In this document: positions 51,801 to 64,000 of the stretch, piece after piece | How the letters are laid out: the number at the start of each line of letters is the position of its first letter | Position numbering within the stretch: position 1 is the first letter of the stretch | Assembly: GCF_964355755.1 (NCBI RefSeq) | Contig: NC_092676.1 | Span: 22,834,871 to 22,898,870 of the forward strand | Length of the DNA: 64,000 nucleotides | Direction: 5' to 3' | Source of the DNA: Antedon mediterranea | Lineage: Eukaryota > Animalia > Echinodermata | The notes under the pieces: model-generated | What the model saw: the letters and a program-made list of their open reading frames with translations, nothing else | The model's database searches: none | What the model was told of the DNA's origin: nothing | Program-made: the position numbers and the translations under genes

Positions 51801-54800
51801 TATTTCTTCACCAACAACGGAACGTGTATTGTTTACTATCATATTTTCAACTGAATCATGTCGTAATTATTACACAACATGTAATAATAGTTTTCATAGT
51901 CAAAGATTTAAGAGAATTTTAGTGATGTATAACATCAAAAAACTATACAGTTTAGTTGATGTATCATTGCACTTATTGTTATGGTTTTGTTTCAGAGACA
52001 AGTGATAATCCTTGCTCAAGTAGCCCTTGTCAAAATGGCGGAACGTGCAGAAATATCGGTGCAATCAATAATTTGATATACGCGTGCACCTGCCCAATGT
52101 TTTACCATGGAGATAACTGTCAAGATTTCACACAATCCGGTAAATAAAATTCTCATTAGGTTTAAGCTGAAGTAGAATATACTCTTGTTAATCTGGCATA
52201 ATTGTATGCTCTCAACGTTATACTTTCTCATGACTAGCGTACATTACGGTACCTGAAGTTAGCCCATAGGCTTTAAGTGGGGTTTGATACAGTTGGATGC
52301 CATGTGTAGAGCCTATATTCCGTAACGTAGAACTGTTAATACCAAACAGTAGTCTGGGATTCCTTGGTTTTAGTGATCTTTAACGTATTTGTTATACCCC
52401 ATACAACAACGTTTTTGGAAATCTGAAACGTACTATATATATAAACTTTATTTAGACACGAGACTGATGTGCACTACAACTAGTTCAATCAATATTGATT
52501 GTTTTTACACAAGTTCGTGATATTACAAAAAAAACAACACCATATAAATACGACAAAAACGATAGAAAAAAATTGAAATTGAAAAGAAACAAAATATACA
52601 GCAGAATTCCTTTCATCTGACACCTCTATTTAGGGTACACCATACCGGTACTTCCCGCGTAAACGGAAACCCTTATCGAAGTGTATAATGTATGGGGATT
52701 CTACTGTAGTACATAATAAATCTTTATGTTTTCAATTCAATTCAATTCAATTCAATCAATTCAACTTTTATTTCAGACAAACTGTCCATATGAAACATAT
52801 AAATACAATAAAAAATAATACAAAGCATTATGTGACAACCGTCATGGAGAGAGGACTAATAATTATTTGTTGACATATAGTGCCTCTTAAAATAATAGTG
52901 ATAAAACACACATTTTCTTGCCATGTAACATAGTTTTATTTCTACGTAATGTAGTTTTGAAAGTTTTTTTGTATCTCGTAATTCAAAACATAGTTTTTCT
53001 AGTAAGTAAAATCATAATTTTTTTTATATTTTATCTTAAGATATGTGTGGTTTATCAGTCGGTTTATGTTCAAATAGTGGAACATGTGTTAATTCTGGAA
53101 ATTCATACAAATGCGAATGTCTGGGAACCTTTGTTGGAACCACCTGTATAGATGGTAAGTAACTTTTCCGATTTATAATCTAAAAACACTCAAGAAAAGT
53201 ATGTATACATTTAATGTTGCTACTAAATGGTATTAACTAAAACTCTCTGCTGATAACATTATTATTTACTTACTTCTGAATCACATATTCTGCAAAGTGT
53301 TGCGTCCCATATGCAATTGGCACAGAAGGTCCAAAAATTAAAAAAAACGACAAACAAAATGGCATAATTCTTTAAAAAGAAAATTATGTATACCGAAAGA
53401 TTTTAAAATTCCATTTCTAGTCACGCGGTTTAAACATTTTGGGCACATTTTTAACATGGGGCATAATAGTATGATAGTACATTAATTTTATATTGTCCTA
53501 TTAATAGTTTCACCTACTGCACCGTGCTCATCAAACCCATGCCAAAACGGAGGTGTATGTGTGAACGTGATGTCAGATTCAACAACCGAATCATTCAGGT
53601 GTGATTGTGTTGGTACATTCACTGGTGTTCAATGTGAAACGTCTACTCTTGGTAAGTTTCGATTTACGATATCAATATCAATATGATTGGTTCTTTTTTA
53701 AAATTATTTTTCTTTCTTTTATTTAAAATGTTATGAACTTAAAATATTCATTATATAACGCCAAAATGCGACGTAAGATAGATAACTATCGTGAACTCAT
53801 GGTCGTCATTGAAGCATAAACATTTGAAAATTAAGATGAACTTAAGAGTTTACAAACGAAGTAGAAAATGCACAATCTAGATTGTTAATAAATCTGTACT
53901 GCACAGAAAGTCAAAATTACCATTCCAGTCATGTGATTGAACAGCCCTTTACCGCACACACATTCTGTATAACAGGCTGTTGTTACTGTATTTTTAGATT
54001 ATTGTGGAAGTAATCCATTTTTGTGCAATGGACTTGGCACCTGTGTCAACAGTGGTAACTACTACAAATGTCTTTGTAATGCAGATGTGATGGGAGATGA
54101 TTGCGAGTCTCTAAGTAAGTGGCCTACAAATGCAAACTAGGCCAAATAAATAAAGCTAAAGCTAGAGACCAGACAACGATAATATTGGGGTAAATTAGAC
54201 GGGGAGAGATTTGTAATTGTACTGTCTGAGGTGATCTGGAAACTAATATAACTAAAAAATACATTTTAATAATTAAAATTGTAGATATAAAAACTATTAA
54301 CATTTCTTTACGAGCGCCACCAGTAGCATTTTGTTATTCCTTACGAGCGCCACCAGGAGTGGCATTTTGTTATTCCTTACGAGCGCCACCAGGAGTGGCA
54401 TTTTGTTATTCTTTACAAGCGCCACCATTAGCCATCTGTTATTCTTTACGAGCGCCACCAGTAGCCTTTTGTTATACCTTACGAGCGCCACCAGCAGTAG
54501 GATTTTGTTATTCTTTACGAGTGCCACCATTAGCCATCTGTTATTCCTTACGAGCGCCACCAGTAGTATGATTTTGTTATTCTTTACGAGCGCCACCAGT
54601 AGTCTTTTAATTGTTATTCATTACGAGCGCCACCAGTAGCTACTGCATTTGTTGTTCATTACGAGCGCCACAATGTGTTTCTTATTTTTTAAAATATTAT
54701 TATAGGTATGAAACGCCATAAATTCCAAAAATGTTTTTCTTTTTGTAGGATTATTAACCTCGACATTAATACATTACAAGTCTTCCGTGTTTTAATTAAC

Positions 54801-57067
54801 CTTCTTTATAATTTGAAAATTAACATAAAACAAATAGGACACTCTCAATATCTGAAACTAAACATGTTTACTATAATAATATGAGTAAGTTTCTAAAGAT
54901 CGTTAGTTGTTTATTAGGTAAATAAAGACAACACAGTCGCTTTAAATATTAATGAATAAAAATTCATAAAGATTATTATTTCCTTTAAAAGCTGACAATA
55001 CTCCATGTTCGTCGAGCCCATGTCAAAACCAAGGAGTCTGTATGAATGTGGGTACAACATTTTTTACATGTTCATGCGTCAATGGATATTCTGGAAGTTT
55101 TTGTGAACAATCCCCAGGAGTTACAGGTATAGTACAAAACCTGATACTTTGCTTATAATGTGTCTACGTCGATTGTATCCAGTGGAAAATGTTACTTTAA
55201 ATACCGTTTGTCTAATTAAGTAATCTAAGTAAAAAATCCCAAACGTGACAATTATGGAAGGTAGAAAGTTAATTTCACATTGACGAAAACATCTTTAAGA
55301 ATCAGTTTAGGTGCATCCTAAAGAGTACTAAGAAACAGGAAAATAAAAAGATCTCTGAACACTGTTTTCAAGAACCAAATAATGCAAATTATTGTAACTA
55401 TTTATATTCACTAAAATTCACCTAAATTATCTACCCTTCTACACGACACCGCGATTGGTTTTGACCAATCACAAACATTGATTTAAATTATTAACAGTAC
55501 ATAAGTTAATTTGATCGTTTATAGATTATTGCGGATCAAACCCTGGTGTGTGTACCACTATAGGCCTAGGAGAATGCGTTAATAGTGGAACATATTGTAA
55601 ATGTTGTGATTCAAGCGGACTCAACTGTATTGCATGTGGTGTTAGTGGTAAGTATACGCCTACTAAGCTTACGAGTTGCCTAACCTTCATAACACCTATG
55701 ATAGGCCTACAACAACTATTATATAAGCTTACTAGATTGTTGTATTGAATATAGCTGTGCCTATTTTAAATGTTTTTATTTTAAATTTCCATATTTGTTA
55801 ACTCGGGAAAATATATCTGTATCGGAAAAACCGTATATTAATAATTATTATTATGTATTTTCTAAAAATAAAACGTATGAATATTTTAGATTGTTGGTGC
55901 TCTGGTTGGAGTTTTGAGTTTATTCTTTTTTTTGTGATTGAAAACCATATTACATTTTTGTCAGTAACAGTTGAACTACTAAAGCAAACTAATGTTCTTA
56001 TTGTTTATTTTGATTTATTATTTTATGTTTACAAGCGTTAGTCAGTTCACCGTGTTCACCATCTCCGTGTTTGGCTGGTGGAACGTGTACCGTAAGCAAT
56101 GCAAACTTTGTATGTACGTGTCCAACAGGGACCTCAGGTAACAGATGCCAGTTAAGATTGCGAAGTGGTACGTGAGTTTAAAAATACTATTATTTGATAA
56201 ATCCGGGTTTTAAATACGTCCGATGTTCCGATATGTAAAAACATTTTTTAAATGGTGCTACATAACTATTTTGTTATGTAAAGTAAAGAAATTAATTTTT
56301 ATTTCTTAACATTTTAGATAGTTTAAAAAGACCCCACAAATATTTATAGAATTTATTCTTTAATTTTATCTTTCATTAAATTTGTGTTAATAAATATAAG
56401 TAACATTTTTTTTGTCATTTAAGGTCCATTAGATTGCCCGGTGCTTGGATGTCCGACCGGAGGATCATGTATCAATTTCGGAACATACAGCGAATGTTAC
56501 TGTACAAACAACATCCCTTGTCATGAGCGTAGGTTTAAATTCCGATACGATGTTTAATATCTAATATTCAAGTCTCTAATGGATATCCGATGAAATAGCG
56601 TATTACTTATTGGGGATATTCATTAGTCTTGGTGCTAGACAGTGACTTTTTTTTTTAAATGCACACATTATAACGGCGTACGGTACGTGAGCTATAATCG
56701 CGTCGCCGTCATTTAGTTAACGTTATACATTTTACATAACGTTTTACATTTAAATATAAAACATACAGAAATATGTACCGTATCATTTCAATTTCCTCGC
56801 TCTGTTTCGGCTGTTTACTGTGGAATAATAGTAGGATACAAGAATGTTTTCTTGTGAAAGCAATGATGCGTTAGATTACTGATTACTACAGTACGTAGAC
56901 AAACGTAACACGTACGAATGAGCGAATAATATGCAAATGTATTTTTGTAAGCTCTGACGTATTTTAAATATTTACTGCACATAGATTTGGAGCCGTGTTC
57001 AAACAATCCTTGTGGTTTTGGTCAGACATGTATCTATGAAGGCGGTTCCAACTACAGCTGTGTGTAA
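45804..57067 (+). CDS. Secreted EGF-repeat-only protein 2 (signal peptide + 13 EGF-like modules + terminal half-EGF), ~594 aa
   Basis: Exons 45804-45870 ([22 protein letters not shown]), 50001-50111, 50319-50474, 50936-51046, 51251-51379, 51485-51598, 51996-52139, 53041-53154, 53508-53651, 53998-54114, 54992-55126, 55525-55647, 56036-56167, 56424-56528, 56985-57067 (stop). All phase-1 GT-AG introns; every internal exon is a multiple of 3; 1785 nt. Confidence 0.85.
46570..47407 (+). mobile_element. Head-to-tail HINE-like elements (short 46570-46678; long 46679-47407) in intron 1 of EGF gene 2
   Basis: Both carry GACTCTA(C/T)AG(C/T)TCACTATGTCGGTCGG and end CTGCAGCC...TATATGGCCTTGTT. The long copy has ~570 bp of extra internal sequence between two (GGTC)n tracts. 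Confidence 0.72.
54304..54671. repeat. Intronic minisatellite, 11 units of 33-38 bp
   Basis: Core TTACGAGCGCCAC recurs at ~54308, 54341, 54377, 54413, 54446, 54479, 54515, 54548, 54584, 54621, 54659, with similar linkers (...ATTTTGTTATTC(C/T)). Confidence 0.92.
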
Positions 57068-60000
57068 CTCGAATGACTGATGTGTCATGTAAGTAGACAT
57101 TTATGTGTAAAACGTTTTATTTTGTTTATCCTTTTCATTCACATGTTATTTACTCGGTAAAGTTCATAATAGAGACATAACAACAAGTGATTTGACCAAT
57201 CAAAGGCGATGGATTATTCGAACGGTCACTTGTCATTTGTTAACTCGCCTTCGTTGAGTTACGTCTCTAGTAGGAACAAAGCTTAAATAAAAACATGGAC
57301 ATACGCTTTTCTTATTGCTCACATACGTTACAATGTATGCATTATTTAGCTTACATATTTTTAAACTAAATTGTTATTTTTACATTTGTGAAAAAAAACA
57401 ACAGGTGATCTGACGTCATTGAAAGTCTTTGCAAAAGATGATACAACGTCAAATGAGGGCGCTAAACATGCACGAAATCAGGCCATTCAACCATTAATCG
57501 TTTAACAGTAAAGAAAAGTTAGTTTGTAACACAATACAGCAATAGTCTGTTTGAACTTCTGAACTTTATAACGTTGTTCGGTTGATGAATTTTTGTTTAT
57601 AAGCAATATTAAAAGACTAAGTCTTGAGTATTTTTATAGTCAACTTTTAATCCAAGTAGGTATTTAACAAAGAGGTAGTACTATTGATTAAAATACTTTA
57701 TATATAATATAATAGCAAAATAAAATATTATTAAGGATTTTGACGAGTTCGTTTTTTTCTACACCTTACACAAAATCCTGTTTGATCAAACTTTTGTAAA
57801 CGTAATAGAACTATAGCCAAACTTTAACGAAACATATTTTTGTATTAGTATGTTTCGATCCTGATAATAGCCTGTATTTTAATAAATATAATATCTTAAC
57901 GTAGTATCTGGAATCACATAATATACTTGCAATTATAATATTATTATTAAGGTGGGTGGTGTAGAGCGTAACTATATTAAATTATATATGTATTATACAC
58001 TTGTAAATGGGTTTACATTTTTATCGATTACTGTAAATCAGTTCTATGCATTTATAGCTGAAATAAATAACTAGAAGTATATAAAGCGGTGACCTTTAAA
58101 TGTCTTAAAGAATTATTATTTACATTGTGGCTTTTACATCATATTACTTGCACATTTTATCAAACACTGGTAACAACCTCCAAAAGTTTCCAGACTCGAG
58201 CGTTTTGAAACAAACAACAACTTCAACAATATAAATAATCAACTCTAGAGTATAACGGAACTGTAATTCTTGGATGTCATTTTAAAATCTTTTTTTTTCA
58301 AAACATAATTGTTAACATATTTCTAATCTCGCAATGTACTTTGCTATTGATGTTAATATAATAAATTGTTATTCTAGCAATGTTCTTTCCTATAGGTGGA
58401 TTGGATACATGTTTGTTAATCTTGAATCATAAATAAAACTACACTTTTTAGTAACAGCGACACTAATCGTAAGGCTCACTATCACTGCGGCCATTGGATT
58501 TAGACAGAGCGAGGAATAGGCTTGAACCCGACTATGAAATACTTCTAATAAAATAGCTAGTTTGCCCGATGGAATATTATTCGAAATGATTACAATAAAA
58601 ATCATTTAAAAATTTTTCACGCTTTGCGATAATTATAAATAAAGGCAATATAGTATTCATATTTTGTATACTTTTCCTGTGACAAAACAAGAATGAAACC
58701 AAACAGTATACATTAACAATTACGTTTTTAAATATGTTATATTAAAAAAAATAAATAAAGAAGGCGTAATTGGTAATTCAAGAAATATGATTCATATACT
58801 ATATTATTTTTTCGGAATGTACTGTGAATGGCGTTAGTTTAAACTATCTAGTTATGTCCGTTTAAGTAATACGTCATTCATAAATTACACACGCATAACG
58901 GAGTGTAACTAGCGCCATCACAATACAACCACGGAAATGATGGTGGTACACCTACAAAGTATACTTAAATAAAAGTAATATCGTAACCCATAAATGCCTA
59001 AATTCCCCTACAAGCATAGCCCCTGGTGATTTCATTTCATCTATGAATACATTTAATTTGAACTCTGTGATGCATAGCTCTTTTTTTTCAAAGCAACACA
59101 AACCGTCTAAATCTGCCGACAATGATCTAGTATACATATATAAATAAAATATTATTTAGGGTGGTATACTTCGAACGCTTTTATTTTCTTAGACCTCATA
59201 TGGATATACGCATAATTACACCTCTCTAGTCTACCTTTGTTATTATCTAATATATTGAAATAGTGAATTTATTACCAGGGTTCAGAGTCAGAGAATATCT
59301 ATTGTACCATACTCAATGAAAATATCTAGAGCATACCGTATAAAATAATCTCAACTTCAGGCACAAATTTCAGGGTCAGTCAATCTTTTTTAAGCCAGTA
59401 ATCTGGTGCAATTAGGCCAATATATTACGATTCTCCCCGTACATTTAAAATAAGAATAAAAACAATGTTACAGACTTTTTAAACATAAGTAGGTTCCGAT
59501 TTATTTTTATTTCCTCAGAGTTGTCTTGTGTTATTTTAATGATTATGGTTATTTAAAAAAAAATTAAAATCTGTATCTTCGATTGATAGAAATATTAAAC
59601 GATTTTTCTTTCTCAGAAATGATATACGTTCTAGTTTAAGTTTTATTTATTTTAAAAGGCCAAAACTCGATAAGCGAAAGCTTTTTTTTTTGGTCTTTTG
59701 TCGTTAGTTTTGATTTTATGTATGTGAAAAAGAACAAACAAGAAAGAAAGACAATAAAGATTATTACATACTCCCCATCCTTCCAGCCAGCATGCTCCCC
59801 GCCAGGGCGATAACTTGAAATTTGTTTCAGACATTTACCGACGTAGTAACGAGTACTCTGTCGCTTGGCCAATGATTTCGCACAGTTTAATTTTGGGACA
59901 AACTTGACCTGAATAATGCCCGCCAATTGTTAGAGTTATTTTTGTTTTACAATGTAATTATCCTAAAGGGAGGCGCTACAATGTCAATAATTTCCCACAG

Positions 60001-60589
60001 TAATTAGTATAATCTGCTGAATTGAAGGCGGAGCATATTTACGAGAAAAAAAAACAAAACTTTAGGACTAGCATTATCTTTATCAAAATTGTGTATCTTG
60101 TGATACCATTTGTTTTCCCTACTCAGATCGAAGAAGATGCCTTCTAACAAGTACTAGTTCATAGTAAACAGAAATAAATTAATTGATATTGACAAAAATG
60201 CTCCTAATTGTCAATCGCCTTATCGATTTGCACGGCACTAACACACACAGACATTAATAATCTAGCGATTTTACGCTGTTTTGAGTAATTTGTGTGCACG
60301 GATGACTGCTTTATTTTTCAAAAATCATCTCAATATCAACTATCTTTTTTTAGTATAATTATCAACATCATTTTATTGATGTTCACTAGACACCGCAGCC
60401 GTCATACGTTTTGCATTATTATTTAATACAAAAAACACATCTCAAAATAATGCTATAAAATTAATAAGACAGAAATCCACAAGTTCTGTTAAATACAAAT
60501 TGGATTTTACTTAAGTAGAATTGGAATTACACTTGAGTAAAATGCCTTCTAATAAAGTAAACTTGATTATCGTACACATACTTGGTCGA

Positions 60590-60852
60590 ATTGAGATGCG
60601 TCTTAAGTAGATTTTATTTTACTTAAGTAGGATGCATTTTGCTTAATTAAATGAATTTTGCCGCCAGTAGATAGAATATATTTTACTTAAGTATGAGTAT
60701 TTTATATGGGTAGTATGTACTTTACATAAGGAGTCTTAACGTACTTTACTGAGGTAGGATGTATTTCTATTAAATTGAATGTATTTACTTAAACAGAATA
60801 TATTTTACTTTAATAGAATGATACATTTCTTAAAGAGGAACATATTTTTACT
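60590..60852. repeat. Degenerate ~21-23-bp minisatellite
   Basis: Repeated ATTTTACTTAAGTAG(G/A)AT-like units. Confidence 0.65.
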
Positions 60853-62413
60853 CTAGATTATTGATTTAGGTCATAAAATAACTTGCCATATTGCTAAACT
60901 CAAACAAGTGACGATTACTATCGTCACTCCCTCCACAAGATCTGCATACGTTCAAATTCAATTTAACAGTTACATAGCTTTTAAAATCATTTTATTGTAT
61001 TTGATAATAATTATTACTTAATTGTTGAACAATTTTATAAACTTTTTTGTAAAGTATAGAATTAAAAACCACTGGAGCTTTTTTAATTCAATAAAAGGTA
61101 TTTTACAATCATTAAATAATGTTTGTACCTGGTACACAGGCACCTTTTCCGTGCATTTTTAAAATTCTACTTCTCAAAACTGAACAATAGATCTGTTCAC
61201 GTTGGAATTGGCTCTCAAAGAATACAGCTTAGCCAAACGTCCCCCGGCCATGACCTATAATATCAATGGAATGTCACTGTTAAGAAACAAGTAAAGGATA
61301 GCGTTTTGTTTTGTTGAAATCTAACTTATATTGTATAAAAAGGTACTATTATAATAATAGGCAAGTGACTTTACTTGTTTTTATATTGCAACTATGCACT
61401 TTTCATCTCTGTTACACAATGATCTGACTTATACAAACCACACTTGTACCAAGAGCGTTCGTTGCTGTTAAAATTCAGAACGTCACAAGACATTTTTAGC
61501 ATGTAATAATGAATCCATTCATATTTTTTGCCTTTTTATAGGTGTACAAATAAACAATATTTGATATTTTAAATCAATACTATTTTAGATAGACAACAGC
61601 CTTCTAGACACATCAATTGTCTCTCAAACAACAGAAAGTTACGATGCTGATGTCGAATAGGAATTCATTAACAAAATATGCATTCTAATTTTGGGAAAAC
61701 AAAAAATAATACAGAAATAATAGCCTTGTATTATTTTAGTGAACACGGTAATGCTTGCTATAATAGTAAAACTTAGCACAGTCGACTCGAGTCGCTATAA
61801 AACCACGGAGAAATAAGTTCCTTGGGTAAATTTGTTGTTGTATTAGGCCTACTAAAACTGGTTATTATTCAGTCCTTATATTGTCTAAAGGTTAATAATA
61901 AACACTAGTAAAGCTAATTCGCGGTACACCAAGTGTTTGAAAGAAGATTGGTATAGAATGTCTTTAGATCGGTAGTTATAGGCCTTGTTGTTTGGTCGAA
62001 GAATTAGACCAGGAAAGTCTGTTTTCAATAAATAAAAACGCTCTGTGTTTTGTGAAACAAAATGCGGTTACTGTCGCCTGCCTACTCGATGTATAGCAAG
62101 AGTAGTGGATTGTGCGGCACGTTTGTCCATTTTAAGAACGTATTCGTTCACACAATTGAAATAGTTATCAATAAAACACAATAGATGCACAGTCATTGGG
62201 AAGTACCCATATAAACCACTAGCGAACCGGGTACTATTTGGATATCACTCGATACGGTTGACTTGGTATGACTACTCAGGCTATTCACTTGTTAATGAAG
62301 GTACTTTACCAATATCAGCTAAATAGTGGCCTACGAAGCTGAACTAATTCATTCAATACTACACACTACCCCAGAGCTGTCTGATGACAACAAAACACAC
62401 CCAATTATTGACA

Positions 62414-62612
62414 ATGTCACAGGATAATATGCTTTTCAAGTTGGCCGTATGGTTGTCTCTTATATGTTTGGCATCTGGCACCTCCAATGGTGCTCTTGTA
62501 GGAGCTTGTGTAGATTTAACACCGCAACACGGGGTTATCCCGCAAACATCAACGAGTCCATGGAATGTTTTAGCTAGTTCAACAACGTATACACCTGGAC
62601 AAGAAATGACAG
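62414..62612 (+). CDS. First coding exon of a second Reeler-domain secreted protein (gene continues beyond the window)
   Basis: MSQDNMLFKLAVWLSLICLASGTSNGALVGACVDLTPQHGVIPQTSTSPWNVLASSTTYTPGQEMT|GTAAGT. Homologous to exon 1 of the 25478 gene (GA...C..L.P.H...SPW.V...Y..GQ), with the phase-1 donor at the same position. Start codon could be 62384, 62414 or 62429. Confidence 0.82.
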
Positions 62613-64000
62613 GTAAGTCAAAATATCAATCATTACATTGTCTGTAGGTCTACATCAAGCAATAACCACGATTTCAAGTGTATGTTAGAGTTTAGTTAAT
62701 GTTAACATTAATGTAAATGTTTCTTAAAATATATAGTAGGCCGACATTTCTCAGTGTTATACTTCATTTATTTACCTTAATCGGTATTGGTATCATAATT
62801 TTTCGTCACATTTCTATACAGTATATGTATTGATTATGTTTTTATTCTACAAATATTGTGGATTAGTTTTCAACTTCTTCGTAACAAATGATTACAATGT
62901 AATCTGAATTCTTATTGCAGTAAAAATTTAATTACTAACAAAATCGATACTATTTTAATAGTTTGATATTTTATCATACAAATTATATTATGAAATTAAA
63001 AACATGATCTTAAATGTTCCAACAATGTAATATGTAGCTAAATGTCAAATGGAGGCGCTCTTCCATTTGTGAAATATTATGCTTGACATTACATATTTGT
63101 GAAAGGTTTACATGGTGAAGAAACAGCACTGTAGTACCAAGGATTTTATCGATAATTAAAATTGTTCAACATAATAGGGTACTACTGTATATATTACCAT
63201 ATGATTACAATAAGGCAGTATGCAGATATCTTAGCTACTAATAATATTGAATATTAAACGTGCATAGTATTTGTGATTTTACGTAGTAAGGTTTTGGTAC
63301 AATATTGAATCGTAAAGAAAGTAGTTATTGAGAATTTAGGTTTTTCTTTTTACATTTAGTACCTACATGTATAACATGGTGTACCGCAAACTTGCTAGTG
63401 GTTTGTATTATTTATGAACATCAAATAATGGTATATATTATCAGAAATCAAATATTTCGACAATTAAATTTGTGTTAATTATTTGTATCTACTGGTACTG
63501 TACCACACAATCTAAAAGCAATACCCATCATAAATTCATTTATAACAAAATACAAACAAACTTAAAGCCTTGGCTTAATGCGTCACACAATTATATTTAT
63601 TAATTTATGTTCTGTATTATATATTGTATATTGTAGTGTGTGAAATAATAAACATGAAAACTTGAAAATTTTTTAGAAATTATATAGGCCTAGTCCAATT
63701 TAACGATAGCATGACACATATTTGTCACTACAACCAAATCTCGTCATCTAATAGAAACAATTTAGTTATACGCTTAAATAACCCGGTGTATTGAAAACTT
63801 AACCACGCTTAGTGTGTACTAACAAGGACCTATTCATTTAAAACCCTTTCATTAAAAACACCAAAGGCGTCCTTCTTTTTATATACCCTAAACTAATAAT
63901 AGCCAACGTACCAGGCTCGAAGCTACCGTATATCTACTGTCAGAAGTCAGTCAACCAGTAATTATCCCCATTATTTAATATAGTGCACTTTTGACAATTC

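Noticed and set aside
54297-54671. CRISPR-like array and three repetitive ORFs (99, 102, 70 aa)
   Set aside because: Linkers are short and similar to one another rather than unique spacers, no cas genes are present, and the context is a eukaryotic intron. The ORFs result from 33/36-bp unit lengths.
34567-57067. One single Notch- or fibropellin-like gene spanning all EGF exons
   Set aside because: There are two separate signal-peptide exons and two in-frame stops. No LNR, ankyrin, TM, CUB or avidin exons were seen.

Overview
AT-rich, intron-containing metazoan genomic DNA; an invertebrate deuterostome such as an echinoderm is plausible but is only an inference. Most ORFs in the supplied track are spurious or partial exons. 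Manual splicing (GT-AG, phase-consistent, no internal stops) gives eight plus-strand genes, all encoding secreted or cell-surface disulfide-containing proteins. In order: a beta-microseminoprotein/PSP94-family gene (10838-12593); three tandem Shisa-like single-pass membrane paralogues (13844-17412, 18139-19575, 21482-23516), two ending in an ITIM-like S-x-Y-x-x-V; a Reeler-domain gene whose last visible exon ends in an unresolved phase-1 donor (25478-27552); two secreted EGF-only genes with 7 and 14 one-exon modules (34567-40891, 45804-57067), both ending in a 4-Cys half-EGF ('C-V-stop') followed by a 3'UTR intron; and the first exon of a second Reeler gene (~62414-62612, runs off the window). 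Introns and intergenic DNA hold many non-autonomous elements: a 1.6-kb TIR element with an AAAT TSD, several MITE families, Helentron/DINE-1-like elements, a Crypton-like element with a long terminal palindrome, tRNA-derived SINEs, a Penelope-type minimal hammerhead and minisatellites. All homology calls come from motif recognition, not database searches.
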